DNA from: Squalus acanthias
Taxonomy: Eukaryota
Reading direction: 5' to 3'
NCBI GenBank assembly: GCA_030390025.1
Contig: CM059436.1
Coordinates: forward strand, 84,692,001 to 84,756,000
DNA length: 64,000 bases
Part shown: positions 36,249-49,789 of the stretch, piece by piece
Numbering within the stretch: position 1 is the stretch's first letter
How the letters are laid out: every line of letters starts with the position of its first letter
Made by a program: the position numbers and the translations under genes
Notes under the pieces: model-generated
Told to the model about the DNA's origin: nothing
Databases searched by the model: none
Seen by the model: the letters and a program-made list of their open reading frames with translations, nothing else

Positions 36249-38893
36249 CTGAAAAATAAAATGTTGCCAGACATTTCAAATCACTATATAACCAAAGACA
36301 ATTAGAATAAGTACATAAAAGCACAATTATGTCATTAATATTGATAGATGCAAGTCTAAGCATGAGATTGTACACTGCAGTCATGTTTTGGGATTTTTTT
36401 GATATTTTTGAAAAGATTTGGAAACAAGTTACATTTAAGTGGTGTGTTTTAAATTAAAGTGGGTTCAGAGTTCTCCTTAAAGATGTATGCTGCAGCGCTG
36501 CAATAAAGAGGGAAATGGTGGGTCAATGAGTCAGTTATCCAAAATGGCTGGAGACAAGTAATTTGTTATCTTGATTCAGAATACCAGTAGACCAACCAAT
36601 CAAGACGGTATTCTTGGGTACCCAGTATGCTGAGAATATAAGCTTGGGAAGGAGGTAGTCAGTTTGGTTGACAGGTTTACTGGTGAATTCCTGAATGGAG
36701 AAGAATCATGGGGAGGGGAGAGAAGACAGCCTCTCCACTTCCTATGCAGAGAAAAAGGCTGAGGGGGTCCAGCAGTCTAATTAGGTCTGGGCCAATGAGA
36801 GAAAACCCTCTCATCTTAAGCCCAGGGCCGGTCAGAACCAAAAGGCGGCTCAGGAAAAGTTCAGTTAGCCCAAGAACGTGGGGAAGTGTGGTGCGGTTTT
36901 AAAAAAAATTACAGGGAGGCATTTGAAGTTAAGTGAAGCGAGTTTTGATTGTAATGGTCATGCTGTAAATTCACATGCTGCCTGGAAAATAATGCAGCTT
37001 AATTATTCATATCTGGTCTCATCTCACCTCACCACCTTGTTTCAGTTCACCTACTGAAAAATTAGAGAAGTGCATGTGTGAAAAACATGATATCCAGTTC
37101 AAATTGCAAGGGGGCACTAGTGTTATAATTCCCTCATCCCGATTTCACGATCTAATGATTAGATAGTGGGTAGAATCGGTAGATAAGGCGTGTGGTCTGC
37201 ATATAGGAGTAACCAGCACCATCGAACCTTAGGGAATATCTAAGGCACATCCAAAATTTGTAACAACCGCATGTATTACGATAAATCCTTATCTCCAATT
37301 TGCTGAGTCAGAAGCCTTAAAATAAAAGTCAATTTGCACACGTGGCATTCCAACACCATGACAGGAGTGCAGGACATGTGGCTATTCTGAACACGGGGAC
37401 CTCATATGCCTAGCTGTGTTATCGGAGGAAATAGGCGCTGCGGAGAGGAGCAAAGTGAGCAAAAACAAGTCAAACGACCCAACCCATTCTTGTACACTTC
37501 CCAGCAGCCAGATTAGGAGTTGCAAAGTCCCAACAGCAAATAAACAGTTTGCACATCAGCCAGGAACTACAGGTGTATGGAGAGAGAAGATAGTATCTCC
37601 TGTATAAAAAGTTTGCATGGACCTAATTGTTCAAAAGTTGTCTGCATTTAAGTGTGCCTAAATCTTTCCTTTTAACTGTTTAAACACACTATTTAAACTT
37701 GTAATATGGAAGCATTTTACAATTATGTCAATTCCTAGTTCTATTTACAATAATTGTGAACATCTGTGAAATAAGTGGTGTTAAATGTATTTTTAAACAT
37801 GGATAAATGGAGTGGGATCTCCTAAGCAATGCAACTTCACCGTTTTCCTCTTTCTTCCTCGCACCTCCACTTCCAAAAAACACACAAGAATACAGCTAGT
37901 TACTTTTCTTAAGTTAAATCCTAAAAAGCTATTAACACCATCTGATGGGCAAACTACAGAATATATATAGCATTCCACTGCTTAACTGTATAGTGATGCA
38001 AACTAGTATTTAAAAAATCACCTTCCAAGGTGCATTTCTTGGTAGAAATTACATTGTAAACCTATTGATAATCAAGCCAGACTCTTTTCTAGCATAATCT
38101 ATTTTGCTGGCAATCAAAGACATAACTATCCACACTATTTGCACAAGTATGCATGCTAACCAGAAGCATTGCTTCAATGGGTTTGCTACGGTGATATCAG
38201 TAGATTAAGGCAAATGTTGTCGTTGCCCATCCTGTCGTCCAGGTAGCATGCTGTACACAGGAGACTGCCTCGTTATATTTATCACTGTAGGGGGCAGAGG
38301 AGGTCGGCTGAGTTGAGAAAGCACTTCCCTAACTTGTGAAAACAGATTTAAAAATTGCCTGGAACGATGAGGGCCATTTAGAACATTGATCAAGGTCCTT
38401 CACATCAGCTACGGCATAGATCAGATTTAATGCGAAGTTTAATTACTCCGTCAATCTCAACATTTCTAGAGATGGGCTGCACAAGATGTTGCAAGTTCAG
38501 CATATAGCAATAACTCTTATAGTGACGAGGAGTACAAATGCCTTAACCTTTCAAGTTCCTACACTGCTTTTTTCCTGAACAAACTAGTGCCAAAATTGAG
38601 GGCAGTTTTCTTCTTGCAACTTGTGCCCAAAATTGGATTTTGGAGGAGGGAAGTGAAATAAATTAGAGAACTTGTGGGCTGTAAATCGTACACAGAAGAG
38701 AAGGGAGGCATCCATTTTTTTTTTTTAGTATGCAAGATTTAGAAGCTGGATCTTGGACAACTTTGAATTCAGGTACTTTGCTATTTAGTTATCCAAAAGG
38801 ATCAAACATTCTTTTGAAATATTAATGCAGCTTCAATTAAACACCGTAGTTAATTAAAAGAAAGCAATTTAACATTGTTGTCGACTTTGTTAC

Positions 38894-39035
38894 CTGTCGC
38901 CCTCTACGATCATCTTGCCTCGGTTGGTAATGGCTTGGCATTCCTGATCCAAGCCTGTGTTGATTCTGCTGGAACATACCACTCTGAGACTGCATGATAC
39001 GATTCCATGCCAACTGCTGCTCAATCCCCTGGTTT
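38894..39035 (-). CDS. XRN2: XRN2 penultimate coding exon
   Basis: ttcatag|A then NQGIEQQLAWNRIMQSQSGMFQQNQHRLGSGMPSHYQPRQDDRRGRQ, then |gtaac. Matches human WNRMLQTQ...DDRGGRQ. Confidence 0.92.
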
Positions 39036-42000
39036 CTATGAAGTAAAAAAGTTAGTTTGTTGTTACTACTTCCTTTACAATGGACGACATTCAATTGTCA
39101 AGTTCCAAATTTTATGTCCCTCCAAAAAAAAGAGGGGGCGGGGGAAATACAACACAACACATTGTGGATAACATGGGGGCCAATTGAAAAATCAGAAGCG
39201 AGTTACACATAGACAATCCCTGGCATCTTCTAGCAGTTAGCCACAAGTGCACTGACAGCTGACCAGTAACAAACTATGAATCTGCCTTCCAATTTTATGG
39301 GGGGAATAAAGGAGGAGAAACAGCCAAATATCCATATAAAAAGGTAGACAAAAAAAAAATAGCCAATCACCCCAACCTACAGGGGCCTGTTCCGTGACCT
39401 CTGCCAATACCTTTCCAGCTAGCTGCTTGAAAATTTACAAGCAGTCGAGGGACATTTGTCAAACTTACACTCCCTCCCTTCAAGGGTCAGGACTCTGTTG
39501 AGTGGCTCTGCAATGGTGCAGCAGACATCAAAAACTTAACAGGGAAAAAATAAATTATACAAGTAAATCTGAACCCAACTCCTCCCACAAGTCATATTCT
39601 TGTGCCACCTGCTTAAACTTTTCCAAGTCTATAACACTAGCATGCAATACAGAGAAGTGTATACACTAACCTCTCACATTCTAACATTGTTGGAATGCTT
39701 TTCTGAATGATTTAAATATACTTTGTGCAATACCATGCAGCAAAACTCTTCAGTACCAATTTAGTAGAATTCAAGTAGTTGCTACAATATATTTCAGATT
39801 TTATGTTTTTTCAAATCTTTAGTTCTCAATTTACTGATCTGGAGCATCCTAGTTATACCATGCTTTTGAAGTTCATCTTAAACAGCTATGTTTTCTGACA
39901 CCCAAGATCAATGATGATTCATTTATACATCAACTGTGATTCATGAATATTCATATGCTGGTTTTCCAAATGTGCATATACCAAGTTTGAATGCTTTCAA
40001 GCCCACAAAATATTTTAAAGTCTAACCACACAATTAGTCCAAACCATTACATTCATACAAAATCTAAATCAATGGGCTAAAATTCATGTTTTAAGATTTA
40101 GCCTTCATAATAGTCTGATGAGAGTAGTGATTTATTCTTCAGAAGCTTTGCTCACGGTAAAACTTTATATTGTCCAGCAATTTTGCATAAAAACCCTTGG
40201 ATCAACATGCCAACAACATGCATTATTTATAACGAATGAACTCGAGCCCTTTTCTGATGGCTCCAAGAAGGGAAAAACCTGTTTTGACTGAATCCAAAAA
40301 AGACGACAATCCACACAAGTAGTAAACAAATCCACCCGTAGAAGGGGGCTTTATTTTCTAAATAGCCAGACACTTTCATGAAGCCTATTCTTTCCAGTTA
40401 ATTGCAGGTTGTAAATGAATTCTTGCTGCTGAGTATTTTGAATCTAGGGTAGGGCTGTGGCTGTATTTTCCCATCCATTATGCTACTCAATATGTCAGAA
40501 GGTCTGATCGGGAAGAAACCTTTTCAAGTCCTATTGATGCAGTTTCAATTGACCGTGGTGACCTAGCAACACAAGCACTAATTGGCACAGACTGACTGAC
40601 ATTTGGTGTACAGTTTATATGGGAACAAGAATCCACATCAATTATAACCTAGTTTGTCAGCCTAGATTCCCAACAGGAAGAAATATTTAATTGTCACCAT
40701 CACCCTTAAGATGGATATGAATGAACAGGTATGAAAGCACTGGAAAAGTACCAAGTCCTAATAACTAAATTGCACCAATCTACAGTATTAAATCAAGCAC
40801 TCAATTTTGCCCGCAAAAATTGTACTGAAAGTTCAAGATCCTTAAACCTATAGTTTTTAAATATAAGCAATTGGTTAAAACAGTATTTATATCCTAGTAT
40901 TTTCAAGTTATTTCAGCTTCCTCTGCTTAGTTATGAATATATAAATACACAAGCATGATCACCATGTATAAGTTTAACGTTTCTTAAGGGGTCAGAGTTG
41001 CACCCTCCTTGACAAAGATTCCCTCGTTCAGAATAAACAGTTTCCCAGATTTCAAAAAGGTGGTGCATGTAGTCGACCCTCCCCCTCCACTTTATGGAGT
41101 TCATGCCAAGGAACCTCCCTTGTTCTCACTTCACGTACAATGATTAATAGACAAGTACTTCCTTTGAGAGAACTTAAAAGCATGGATAAAAACTACTTTT
41201 GATCAGCAAATATCAAAAGATTTTTGGAAAAACTACAATTCGCCCCACTATATTGTATTGCAACAGTAAAACTGTCCACTTTGAAAGGTAGGATACAAAA
41301 AGGTACAGCATTCATCTTGGTTCAGTAAATTCAAATTGGGCGTGTACAAAATGTTTGCAACTTGTCAGTTATTGTGGTAGCTGCCACTTAAGTAGCTCCA
41401 CAGAGTATTACAAGATGCAGCCAATACTTGCACGTGGTTTGTGCATTACTCAAAAAAAGTGTACACAATACACGTGCAACACTAATAGCCTTGGATTAGT
41501 AGAGCTGGAGTTAGAGATATATATTTTAATCACTTTTCTTGACTTCAGACAGGCAGTCTCTATGTTGCAGAAACAAATTAACTAGACAACACCATAGAAG
41601 AATGAACAAAGCACAAGTTGTTATGGAAGAAATACATGCAACCTTCAACTGAAGATGGCTATTCTGTGTGGAAATAGAGTATCGCAGAACTGTCTTGCAA
41701 CCAATAACCTTCGATTTATTTATATGGGTCCTTCAAAGTAGAAATATTAACATTCAGAAACTGAAGCCACTAAAGGTGCATCAACACCATGGAAATATTT
41801 TCAGTTAAACTTACAAAGTTAAAACAATTTCTTGTACAAAAATTTCACATCCAGGCAACATCCCTTACAAAATCCCTTATTACAAAACCATGTCACATTC
41901 ATTCTACTGCACAGTACTATTGAACTTTACAAATTCAGTAATCCTCCTCCAGGTTTCTTCTGTATTTAATTCAGTTCAATCTTAAGTAGTTAAAGAAACT

Positions 42001-44959
42001 GTTTTCGGTTGCCACTAATAACTACTGACCTACAGTGACACTGCTCCACAATAGGCTTGTCAGGCCTGTAAAGTTGTACCAAAGAAGCTGATTAGTACTT
42101 GAAGAGGTTTGTAGCAAGAATCAATGGTTCGTCTGTACTAATACTGTGGTTCCAGCACAAAATGATAATAGTGGAACACATTAGTTATGCCTCATTAAGC
42201 TGCACGATCCTCAAAAGAAATTTGTTTAGCCTACCCAAAAATCTAATGCAGATTTAAGCTTCCAATGCTGAATTTTATAATTATACACACAACATACAAT
42301 AAAGTCATAGCCAACAGACCTTAAAGGGAATAGCTTCCAAAGTAAGAGAAGTGATTTTTGCCAAGTTCCAGAAATGTACAAATTTTATATCATAATTGAT
42401 GCATTGTCTATGTATTTAACAAAATAAACTAAAAGGCAGTATTTTTCTAGTCAAGACACTGAGAATAAGGGGAAGGTCAAAGCAAATTAAATTTTAAAAA
42501 TGGAGTAGGAATTGGTCAAAAACAAAAGACACTATTCTGAATATGAAGGTTAGATACAGGGGGTTAGTTGTTAAGAACTCCTAAATAAAACTACATAATC
42601 AGTTATCAGAAAACAAAAACAAAAGTCTAAAAGGCACTTAGAAAGATAACCAGCACTTAGTGTTTTTCTTATTTTAGCAGATGGTCTCAACTTTGTGTAC
42701 TTTTCACATTTAAACTTATTTATTCAATGACTGCTCTGTATTAATAAATCCACTCCAGTCAAGTTCATTAAACCCAAACTAAATGGGATGCAATAAAGTG
42801 AAAATGTTCAAGCAAAGTAGAGGGTATTTTGTTGATCTCATTTTTCACCAATCTATATATAGTTTGCAAAATGCTGAACAAAATGATCACGGTTAAAGAA
42901 AGAAGTCTGTTAACCGGAGGGTCATATCAAAATGTTAACTGATTACCTAATGTAGATCTGATCCATCTTACTCCTTAAACCACAGCCTTAATTATATGAA
43001 CAGAATAAAGATCCAAGGCAAAACAAGAAAAATTAAGTTCTCTGGAGCAGAATTACTTTCCATTAAAAGAGAAGCTTAAGGCTATTTTGTCCAAAGTAGT
43101 CTAAGTATTAGAAGTAGAACAGGAGATTTCCTAATTGGGAGGAGAATTATTCTCCATATAGCTAATGCCAAAAGTCAGTTTGTACGAGCATCGACTGAAT
43201 CTTACGGAGTTCCTGAAGAATGAAAGGGAATAGCCTCCTTGATCCAGCCATCTGATGCATAACCACTCACCTGCTATCCAGGGAAGGCAGTCATGGGAAC
43301 CTCACTGTTGGAGCATAGAGGCAGCAGCACCATCACATGCTGCTTTTTTTCTGGGCTCTCATCTGTCCTCTGGCAGGATCTCAAAATCTGGACATGAAGT
43401 CTACTCAGGCACAAAAGCAGTATGTCCAGCTGCATGTAAAGCTCAGATATATTTGGGGTTTGCTGGGTTTACAGCACTGTTTACTTGGTCACTAAAGAGA
43501 AGGTTTCCTTTCAGCTCAGTGGGAAACTAGATATCCTGAGTAAGGTATGTCTACTGGGCAGTATCTCTTGAGTCACAGATCTAAACCCTATAATCAAAGG
43601 AGTCAAATGTAGACTGCTGCTAGAGATTAGCAATCTGATTACCCAGTATTAGCTTGGAGAGCATCTTTGAGAGGCAGAAGCTTGACTTACAGTAATACGG
43701 TCCCTGATTGGGAACCCAATGGACCCAAAACGATGCCAACCTCATCTGGAGGTTGCCTTGAGCAAATAACATTTTGATCTAGTCTTAGTTTCTTTCTCTT
43801 GTTTACAGGGACTCAAAAGTACTGTGCTTCAGCAGCTGTGATTTTGTTAATCCCGCCACATACAAAGCAAGGCGTCCAAGGAGTTGAGTTGTGAATCAAA
43901 GCTTTTTAAAAATCTATGGAGAGCTGCAGATTATCCCTATGTGAATACTGATCCCAGCTACAGCAAACTATTCAGTCCAGGCCTCCACCTAAAGTGTTTA
44001 GGAATATGGGGGAGACGAATGTCAATGTAGTTCACCAAGAGTTGTTGTGGAATAAGTCAGTCCTCACAGTTAGGAATTTGGAGGAGAAAGAAATAATTCA
44101 AATAATGGACCAGCATGCTACCTCCCATCCACTATCAGCATCAGTTAAAAAGAACCTTACAGTATAATGCACAACTGTAAAAAAAAAATTACAAACCGCA
44201 GTGGGAATGTAGAAACTAAAATCGGAAATTAACAATGAGGTCTTGCTGCCTTAGTTTGACCGGCAAAGCTAATTAAGTTCAGCTCAAATTTATGGTTACT
44301 CCACTTATTGGCTTGTGTAACAAGAGCACAATGCAGAGAAAAGATTAATATTCATGTATATATTTTTCAATGTACAGGATCTTTTATAGCATGCTATCAG
44401 AAGCAAAAGCCCAATTCTTGTTAACAGGATTAAAGACAGCCTCCGAATGGATAAATACCTTAACAGGAATATTTTAAATCAAGCAACAAGTCATAGGAGG
44501 AGGATAAAAGGACAATTTTCCTAACCTTGGGTTTGTATTAATTAGTGGGTTTCTACTGTTTATACATAAACATCTATGCTTTATAGCTGTGAAATCTGAA
44601 GAATGGGATTATTTTTGTGTTATATTAAGAGATCACCAAAGGAGCATTCCCATGTATAAAAGATCACTTTTGTTCTGCTCGGTGGACAGTTTGCTCATGA
44701 TATTTTGGATCAAGTTAAACATCTACCCAAAGATCTTTCCCTGACCATGTACTTACCTGGCAGGCGAACCAAGGTTGTACACATCACTAGAAATTTTCAA
44801 TAAACAACTTCAAGTGATGCTATAGTTGAAAACTCAAAACAAATTGTTTTGGGATTTAACTGGCCGATAGCAAGTCATGGCCCGTGTCATAATTTGACCT
44901 GCATGCAAGCATTTCCTAGGTAAGTACCTCATCTTTTCTTTACCAATTTTTATTCCCTC

Positions 44960-45215
44960 CTTACCAGGTACAGTAGCGCAGGTACCCACTGCCCTCCAGC
45001 ACCTCAGCCAAGTGGTCATTATTCATGCATGGGCCTCAAAAGGATATCTGGTCGTAGGGGCATCATAGCTGACATCCACACAATCACTTGTGATAGGGGT
45101 CACAGGATAGCTCTCAGAAACAGGAGCCCTCAGGTTTTTTCTCATTCCCTAAACAGATATGCCGAGGCCAACAGTAGTACTCCTACGGCTGAGATCAACT
45201 AACTCAACATGCTGA
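44960..45215 (-). mobile_element. Old unclassified SINE-like repeat (motif GAGTTAGTTGATCTCAG)
   Basis: The same motif recurs at ~3040-3180, 7180-7245 plus 9975-10110, and ~62760-62975. Confidence 0.5.
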
Positions 45216-45299
45216 TTCATCGGGTGTACATAAGTGTCCCACTTTAAAGTAGAGGATTTGGTAAGAACAAAAAGGAAGTAGAGAGTCAGACCATAGTTG

Positions 45300-45446
45300 N
45301 NNNNNNNNNNNNNNNNNNNNNNNNNNNNNNNNNNNNNNNNNNNNNNNNNNNNNNNNNNNNNNNNNNNNNNNNNNNNNNNNNNNNNNNNNNNNNNNNNNNN
45401 NNNNNNNNNNNNNNNNNNNNNNNNNNNNNNNNNNNNNNNNNNNNNN
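45300..45446. other. Assembly gap (147 N)
   Basis: Run of N inside an XRN2 intron. Confidence 1.
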
Positions 45447-45503
45447 ATGGGATCTGACTTTTCAGACAAGGGTCTGACAAACTCACCTGCTAAGTGCATC
45501 AAG

Positions 45504-45508
45504 AAAAA

Positions 45509-45547
<39 letters not shown>

Positions 45548-45563
45548 CACACACACACACACA
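45504..45563. repeat. Compound A(n)-(TA)n-(CA)n microsatellite
   Basis: Direct reading. Confidence 0.95.
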
Positions 45564-45894
45564 CGAGACACCACTTTAAAGACATTAAGCATGGTACAAT
45601 TTACATACCCCGAGAGTTGAAGATCGCAAAAATCCTTTTCCATAAAAGCACAAGCTTTTCCACTAAATAGAATGACTTTTCTAGACAAGGCTGAACAGAA
45701 TAATTTCAATTGTGGCAGGTAACACAAGAACTATTCTTACAAACTAGAAATCAACTACCCTAATGTGCTAATCACAAATCTCCATGTGCCCCATCTAGAT
45801 ACAAGATCAATTAAATAAAGGCAATATTAGAATATTGTAAAATATTAGAAAAAACAAACTGACAAAATAACAAAAGGAGGGAAAGGAAGAAAGC

Positions 45895-46082
45895 AAAAAC
45901 TTGAATTTATATAATGCCCTTCATATCTTCAGCACTTTACAGCTAATAAAGTATTTTTGAAGTAGTGTAATGTAGGCAAACACAATCACCAATTGTGGAC
46001 AGCAAGGTCCCATAAACAATCATGAGACAAATGTCTAGTTAATCTGTTTTTGCTTTGTTGGTTGAGGGATGTTGGCCAGGAC
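45895..46082 (-). mobile_element. SacSINE1-like 3' fragment
   Basis: TAATCTGTTTT...GTTGGTTGAGGGATGTTGGCCAGGA overlaps the sequence of 8985-9031. L2-type tail AACTTGAATTTATATAATGCC. Confidence 0.7.
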
Positions 46083-46184
46083 TATAAAGTAATTAACTGA
46101 AATCTCATTATACTACATTAATTCTATTTGTTTTCTAGATAGGTTAAATAAAACACAGCCTTAAAATTACATTATTAATCTTAC

Positions 46185-46248
46185 CTCTGAGGTATAAGCT
46201 GCTGAAAAAGCGGTTGTGGACCTCGCCACGAATCTTGGGGTCTTAAAC
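46185..46248 (-). CDS. XRN2: XRN2 internal exon (3rd from last)
   Basis: ctacag|GT then LRPQDSWRGPQPLFQQLIPQ(R), then |gtaag. Matches human MRPQDSWRGPPPLFQQ. Confidence 0.93.
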
Positions 46249-47244
46249 CTGTAGATTATACAACTATATTAATATAATTACAACACCACAATTCTAGAAA
46301 TTCTTCCACATTTTGCACACTAGAAAACTGCAATATTGGGACTTTAAAACCCAACATAAATCTGTTCAGTCTTTATATGGAACATTACAACCAAGCTTCA
46401 CTTTTGTTTTACAAAAGTTCAGATATCCAACAGTCAATTAAATTTCCATGAAATCCCACATACTAAATGGCAAATCCACACATCTTTACTACCTGCAATT
46501 ACCTTTTCTGTTGACAGCAAAACACCTGTTTAAAGTGGTGTTGTTTTAATGCTTTAAAAATATTTTTAAAGCTGTAAATTATCACACTAGATGTGCAATG
46601 GAGTCGGACACTGGCATTTCACCTCTGATGCCTATGTTCAAATTGAGCTCAAAAACTTAGCTAAGTAAGGGTCCTATATAATCTGTGTTGGACTGGTCTC
46701 AGTCTACATCTCAGTCTACTTCCCAGTGCCTAATTCAGCACCAGCTGACACTGAGTGAGACTGCTAGTTATTAACAATGCTACTCCAAAGCCATTCGGTA
46801 TTGGGTGTGGGAGATGAATAAATGTCACACTGATACATGAGTGGGTGCTCTCGAGGTTGGGGCTGAACTACATTGTTGAAGCGCTCTCTGTTCTGCACCG
46901 AGCTATGCTATGCTGACTGGGAAGTGCTTTATGCTGGCACTAGGTCCCCAAAATGGCAAATGTTGTACTTCCACCTCAATCATCCCTTACCTTGATGAGC
47001 ACAAAATTCAGACAAAAGATTTGAATTTGCTTTGGATTAGTTTATTGTGCTACCCCTGCGGTTAAGACATATTCAGCACATTGTTCAATTTTGTTTGACC
47101 TTGCTCAGTGAAAAGCAGCGAACAGCAGGTTTAACTGAATGGGCATAACATTCAGTGCTAATTGTCTGCAGTTTGCTCAGTGGTTAAGCGTGAAGCAGTC
47201 TTGGCATTCACAAAATGCATTTACATGACGACATTAGGATACAG

Positions 47245-47487
47245 AGCATAGAAGATAGGAGCAGGAGTAGGCCATTCAGCCCCTCGAGCCTGTTCCGCCA
47301 TTTAATGAGATCATGGCTGATCATCCAAATTCAGTACCCTGTCCCTGCTTTCTCCCCATATCACTTGATCCCTTTAGCCTTAAGAAATATATCTATCTCC
47401 TTCTTGAATATATTTAATGAATTGGCTTCAACTGCCTTCTGTGGTCGAGAATTCCACAGGTTCACCATTCTCTGGGTGAAGAAATTC
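47245..47487 (-). mobile_element. CR1 3' end
   Basis: Near-identical reverse complement of 32459-32700. Confidence 0.92.
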
Positions 47488-48127
47488 ACACAAGAATAGA
47501 TTGCAGATCATAAATATAAATAGTTTGAAGATCCAAGTCATTAATCAGATTCTGGTCTATTCCTAGCAACATTGGAGATGCAGCACTCAGGTGTACTCTT
47601 GGATACATGTATGCTCTAATGCTTTCTTTTTCTACACCCATTTCTCTGTTATGTGCTCTGACATCTAACCTGGGGTTCATATTAGCCATGAGGAGGGATA
47701 CCATGGTGCCTACTAACTCTTCCTACCAGAGAGATACGTGGCTTCCACTTAGCATTTCCTCACAGCAATATTGCAGAAAGAACTCAGCAAAAAGGGTGTA
47801 GGGAGTGCCCACTATCCACTCTGTCACTGCAGATTGGTACTCCAATGTATCACCTCATAACAAGGCTCCCTTTATGTAAAAGAAAATTAATGCAATTAGA
47901 GGCACTTTCTCAATTAGAAATAATGATTCGAAATAAAGCATTAATGATGTCAGCCCAGGGAAGTATAGAGTAAGTCATCTTCAATGACAGTAACTGGACT
48001 GCTCAGAGGAAACAAATTTGAACATGTGCGTTACTAAAAGTACAATTATGCCAATATCATCACTTTGTTTCCAGCATACTCTGGGGAAATTATGCAAAGT
48101 TCATAGAATAAAATCTTACAGGTAATA

Positions 48128-48192
48128 ATTGTCTTAGTGGCAGCATTCCTGCCTCAGAATCAGAAGTTGCATGGTTTAAACCCCGCTCCAGA
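48128..48192 (+). mobile_element. Degenerate tRNA-derived SINE head
   Basis: A-box-like GTCTTAGTGG and B-box-like GGTTTAAACCC with SacSINE1-like spacing. Confidence 0.45.
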
Positions 48193-48790
48193 CAGTCCCA
48201 GCAAGCTCTGGCTCTGAATCCTAGGGTGACACGCAGAGGACTACTCTTGTCCAGGTGGCCCCTTTCATCGTATGGGTTGTGTGAGCCCATAAAATCCTCC
48301 CGCCATACAGGGCTAACCACCCTATCAGCTAAGATGGTTATGGTCATGGACTGTTAATCAACCTTGGAAAGTATGAAAACAGCATAATTTTTCAAGAAAC
48401 AAAATTGAAATCTTCCATCTCTCTTCCTTCCTAATGAAATTCCTCAGGCATCTTTTAACTTTAGTTGAATCTCTCCCAAAAATAGCAGCAGGGTATTAAA
48501 TGGGAGAAGGACACAGTTATCCTAATTCCTTTTACCTCAAACTCTGGTGCAAATGTCTTAGCAAGCACAGTATGTCACAAGCAAAGCATAACCTGAAGCT
48601 CAAGTCTTCTGAATCAATTGAACAAACACTGAAAAAGGTCTCTAACCAATAGCTCTCTGGTCATTTCACAATATGGAGCAAATCAATCAAAACCCTTTGA
48701 CAATTCTTATTTTCTTTAATGAACTCATGATCAGAAGTAAAACAGCTGGCAACACTTGCTGGCTAATGAGGCAGAATGAAAGAAAACATT

Positions 48791-49345
48791 GGCTGGATTT
48801 TTTACCTGGGAACCCGCTGGGGGCAGGGTAGAGCGCGAGAAACCTGGCTGTGGAGTTTTAACTCCACAGCGTGCGTGTGACGTCACGGGCAGGTTCCCCG
48901 CCTGACTGACAGGCTGGCTTCCGGTCGGGCGGGGAAAGCTAGACAAGAGGTCGCAACCCCAGGTAGGTGCAAGCCTCAACCCCGGGGGAGAAAAGAGAGG
49001 AAAAAAAAGAGCTTGGGGGGCCCGAAAGGAAGCACTCCCACTTCTCCCAGCCCACAAGGAGTGCTCCGTGAGGCCGTCCTCGCCTCGCTGCAGCTGCTGG
49101 GATTCCAGAGGCCTAGGATCCCTGGCTGGCCACAGTTAAAACTGCAAAGCAGGTTAACTCAAAGGCTTCCAGTTTCATCATAATATTTAAAGTGCCAACC
49201 CGCCTCCTGGGAGCAGGTTGGCTACCCGCCCCCCAGCCCCGCCTCGTTTAAAACCAGAAGTGGGTGGGTTGGAGTCAGGATTATGATTTTTTAACAAGTT
49301 AACCTCCCACCCAACCCACCCGTTTTTTGGTGTTAAAATTCTCCA
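48791..49345. mobile_element. GC/CpG-rich Harbinger-like MITE
   Basis: Termini GGCTGGATTTTT / AAAATTCTCC, with GC-rich subterminal repeats like those at 3199-4928. Confidence 0.6.
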
Positions 49346-49479
49346 CATTGACACTTTCACTCTGGGTGGTTGCACCTCCATAAAAGCAAAAGTTAACACT
49401 GGGCATCAAATACTATCCACTAAAAGTGCTATAATTTGAAGGTACAAGTTCATCCTCATGTAATTACTAGAGCTGCAAT

Positions 49480-49634
49480 CAATGATCCCCCCAAGTTTTA
49501 AATTTGGGTGCACGGTCCCCTTAATGGGCTGCGTGGCCCCAAGTTTTGCGCATGCTCAAAACTTCACATTGGAAAAGCCGGTCACGGGCTGCGCGGGACT
49601 GACAGACAGCTTCGCAACTTAAGAGGGAACATTA
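49480..49634. mobile_element. hAT-type MITE
   Basis: TIRs CAATGATCCCCCCAAG / CTTAAGAGGGAACATTA with an 8-bp duplication GCTGCAAT / GCTGCAAC (49472-49479, 49635-49642). Confidence 0.8.
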
Positions 49635-49789
49635 GCTGCAACTAACCAAATGTTAATTTAAGCCCATTACTACTATTTCCCTTTTAGGTCCTTCTCACCT
49701 CCCTTTTAATTCCCCCAACCACACCACCTTTCATTACTCACAGCACACCCACTGGGGGACTCAACCTCACCAACCTCCTTGTGGTCCTG

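Noticed and set aside
45149-45727. 192-aa and 107-aa ORFs
   Set aside because: Artefacts of the N gap and the microsatellite.
48128-48192. tRNA gene
   Set aside because: The A/B boxes are degenerate and there is no cloverleaf. It fits a SINE head.
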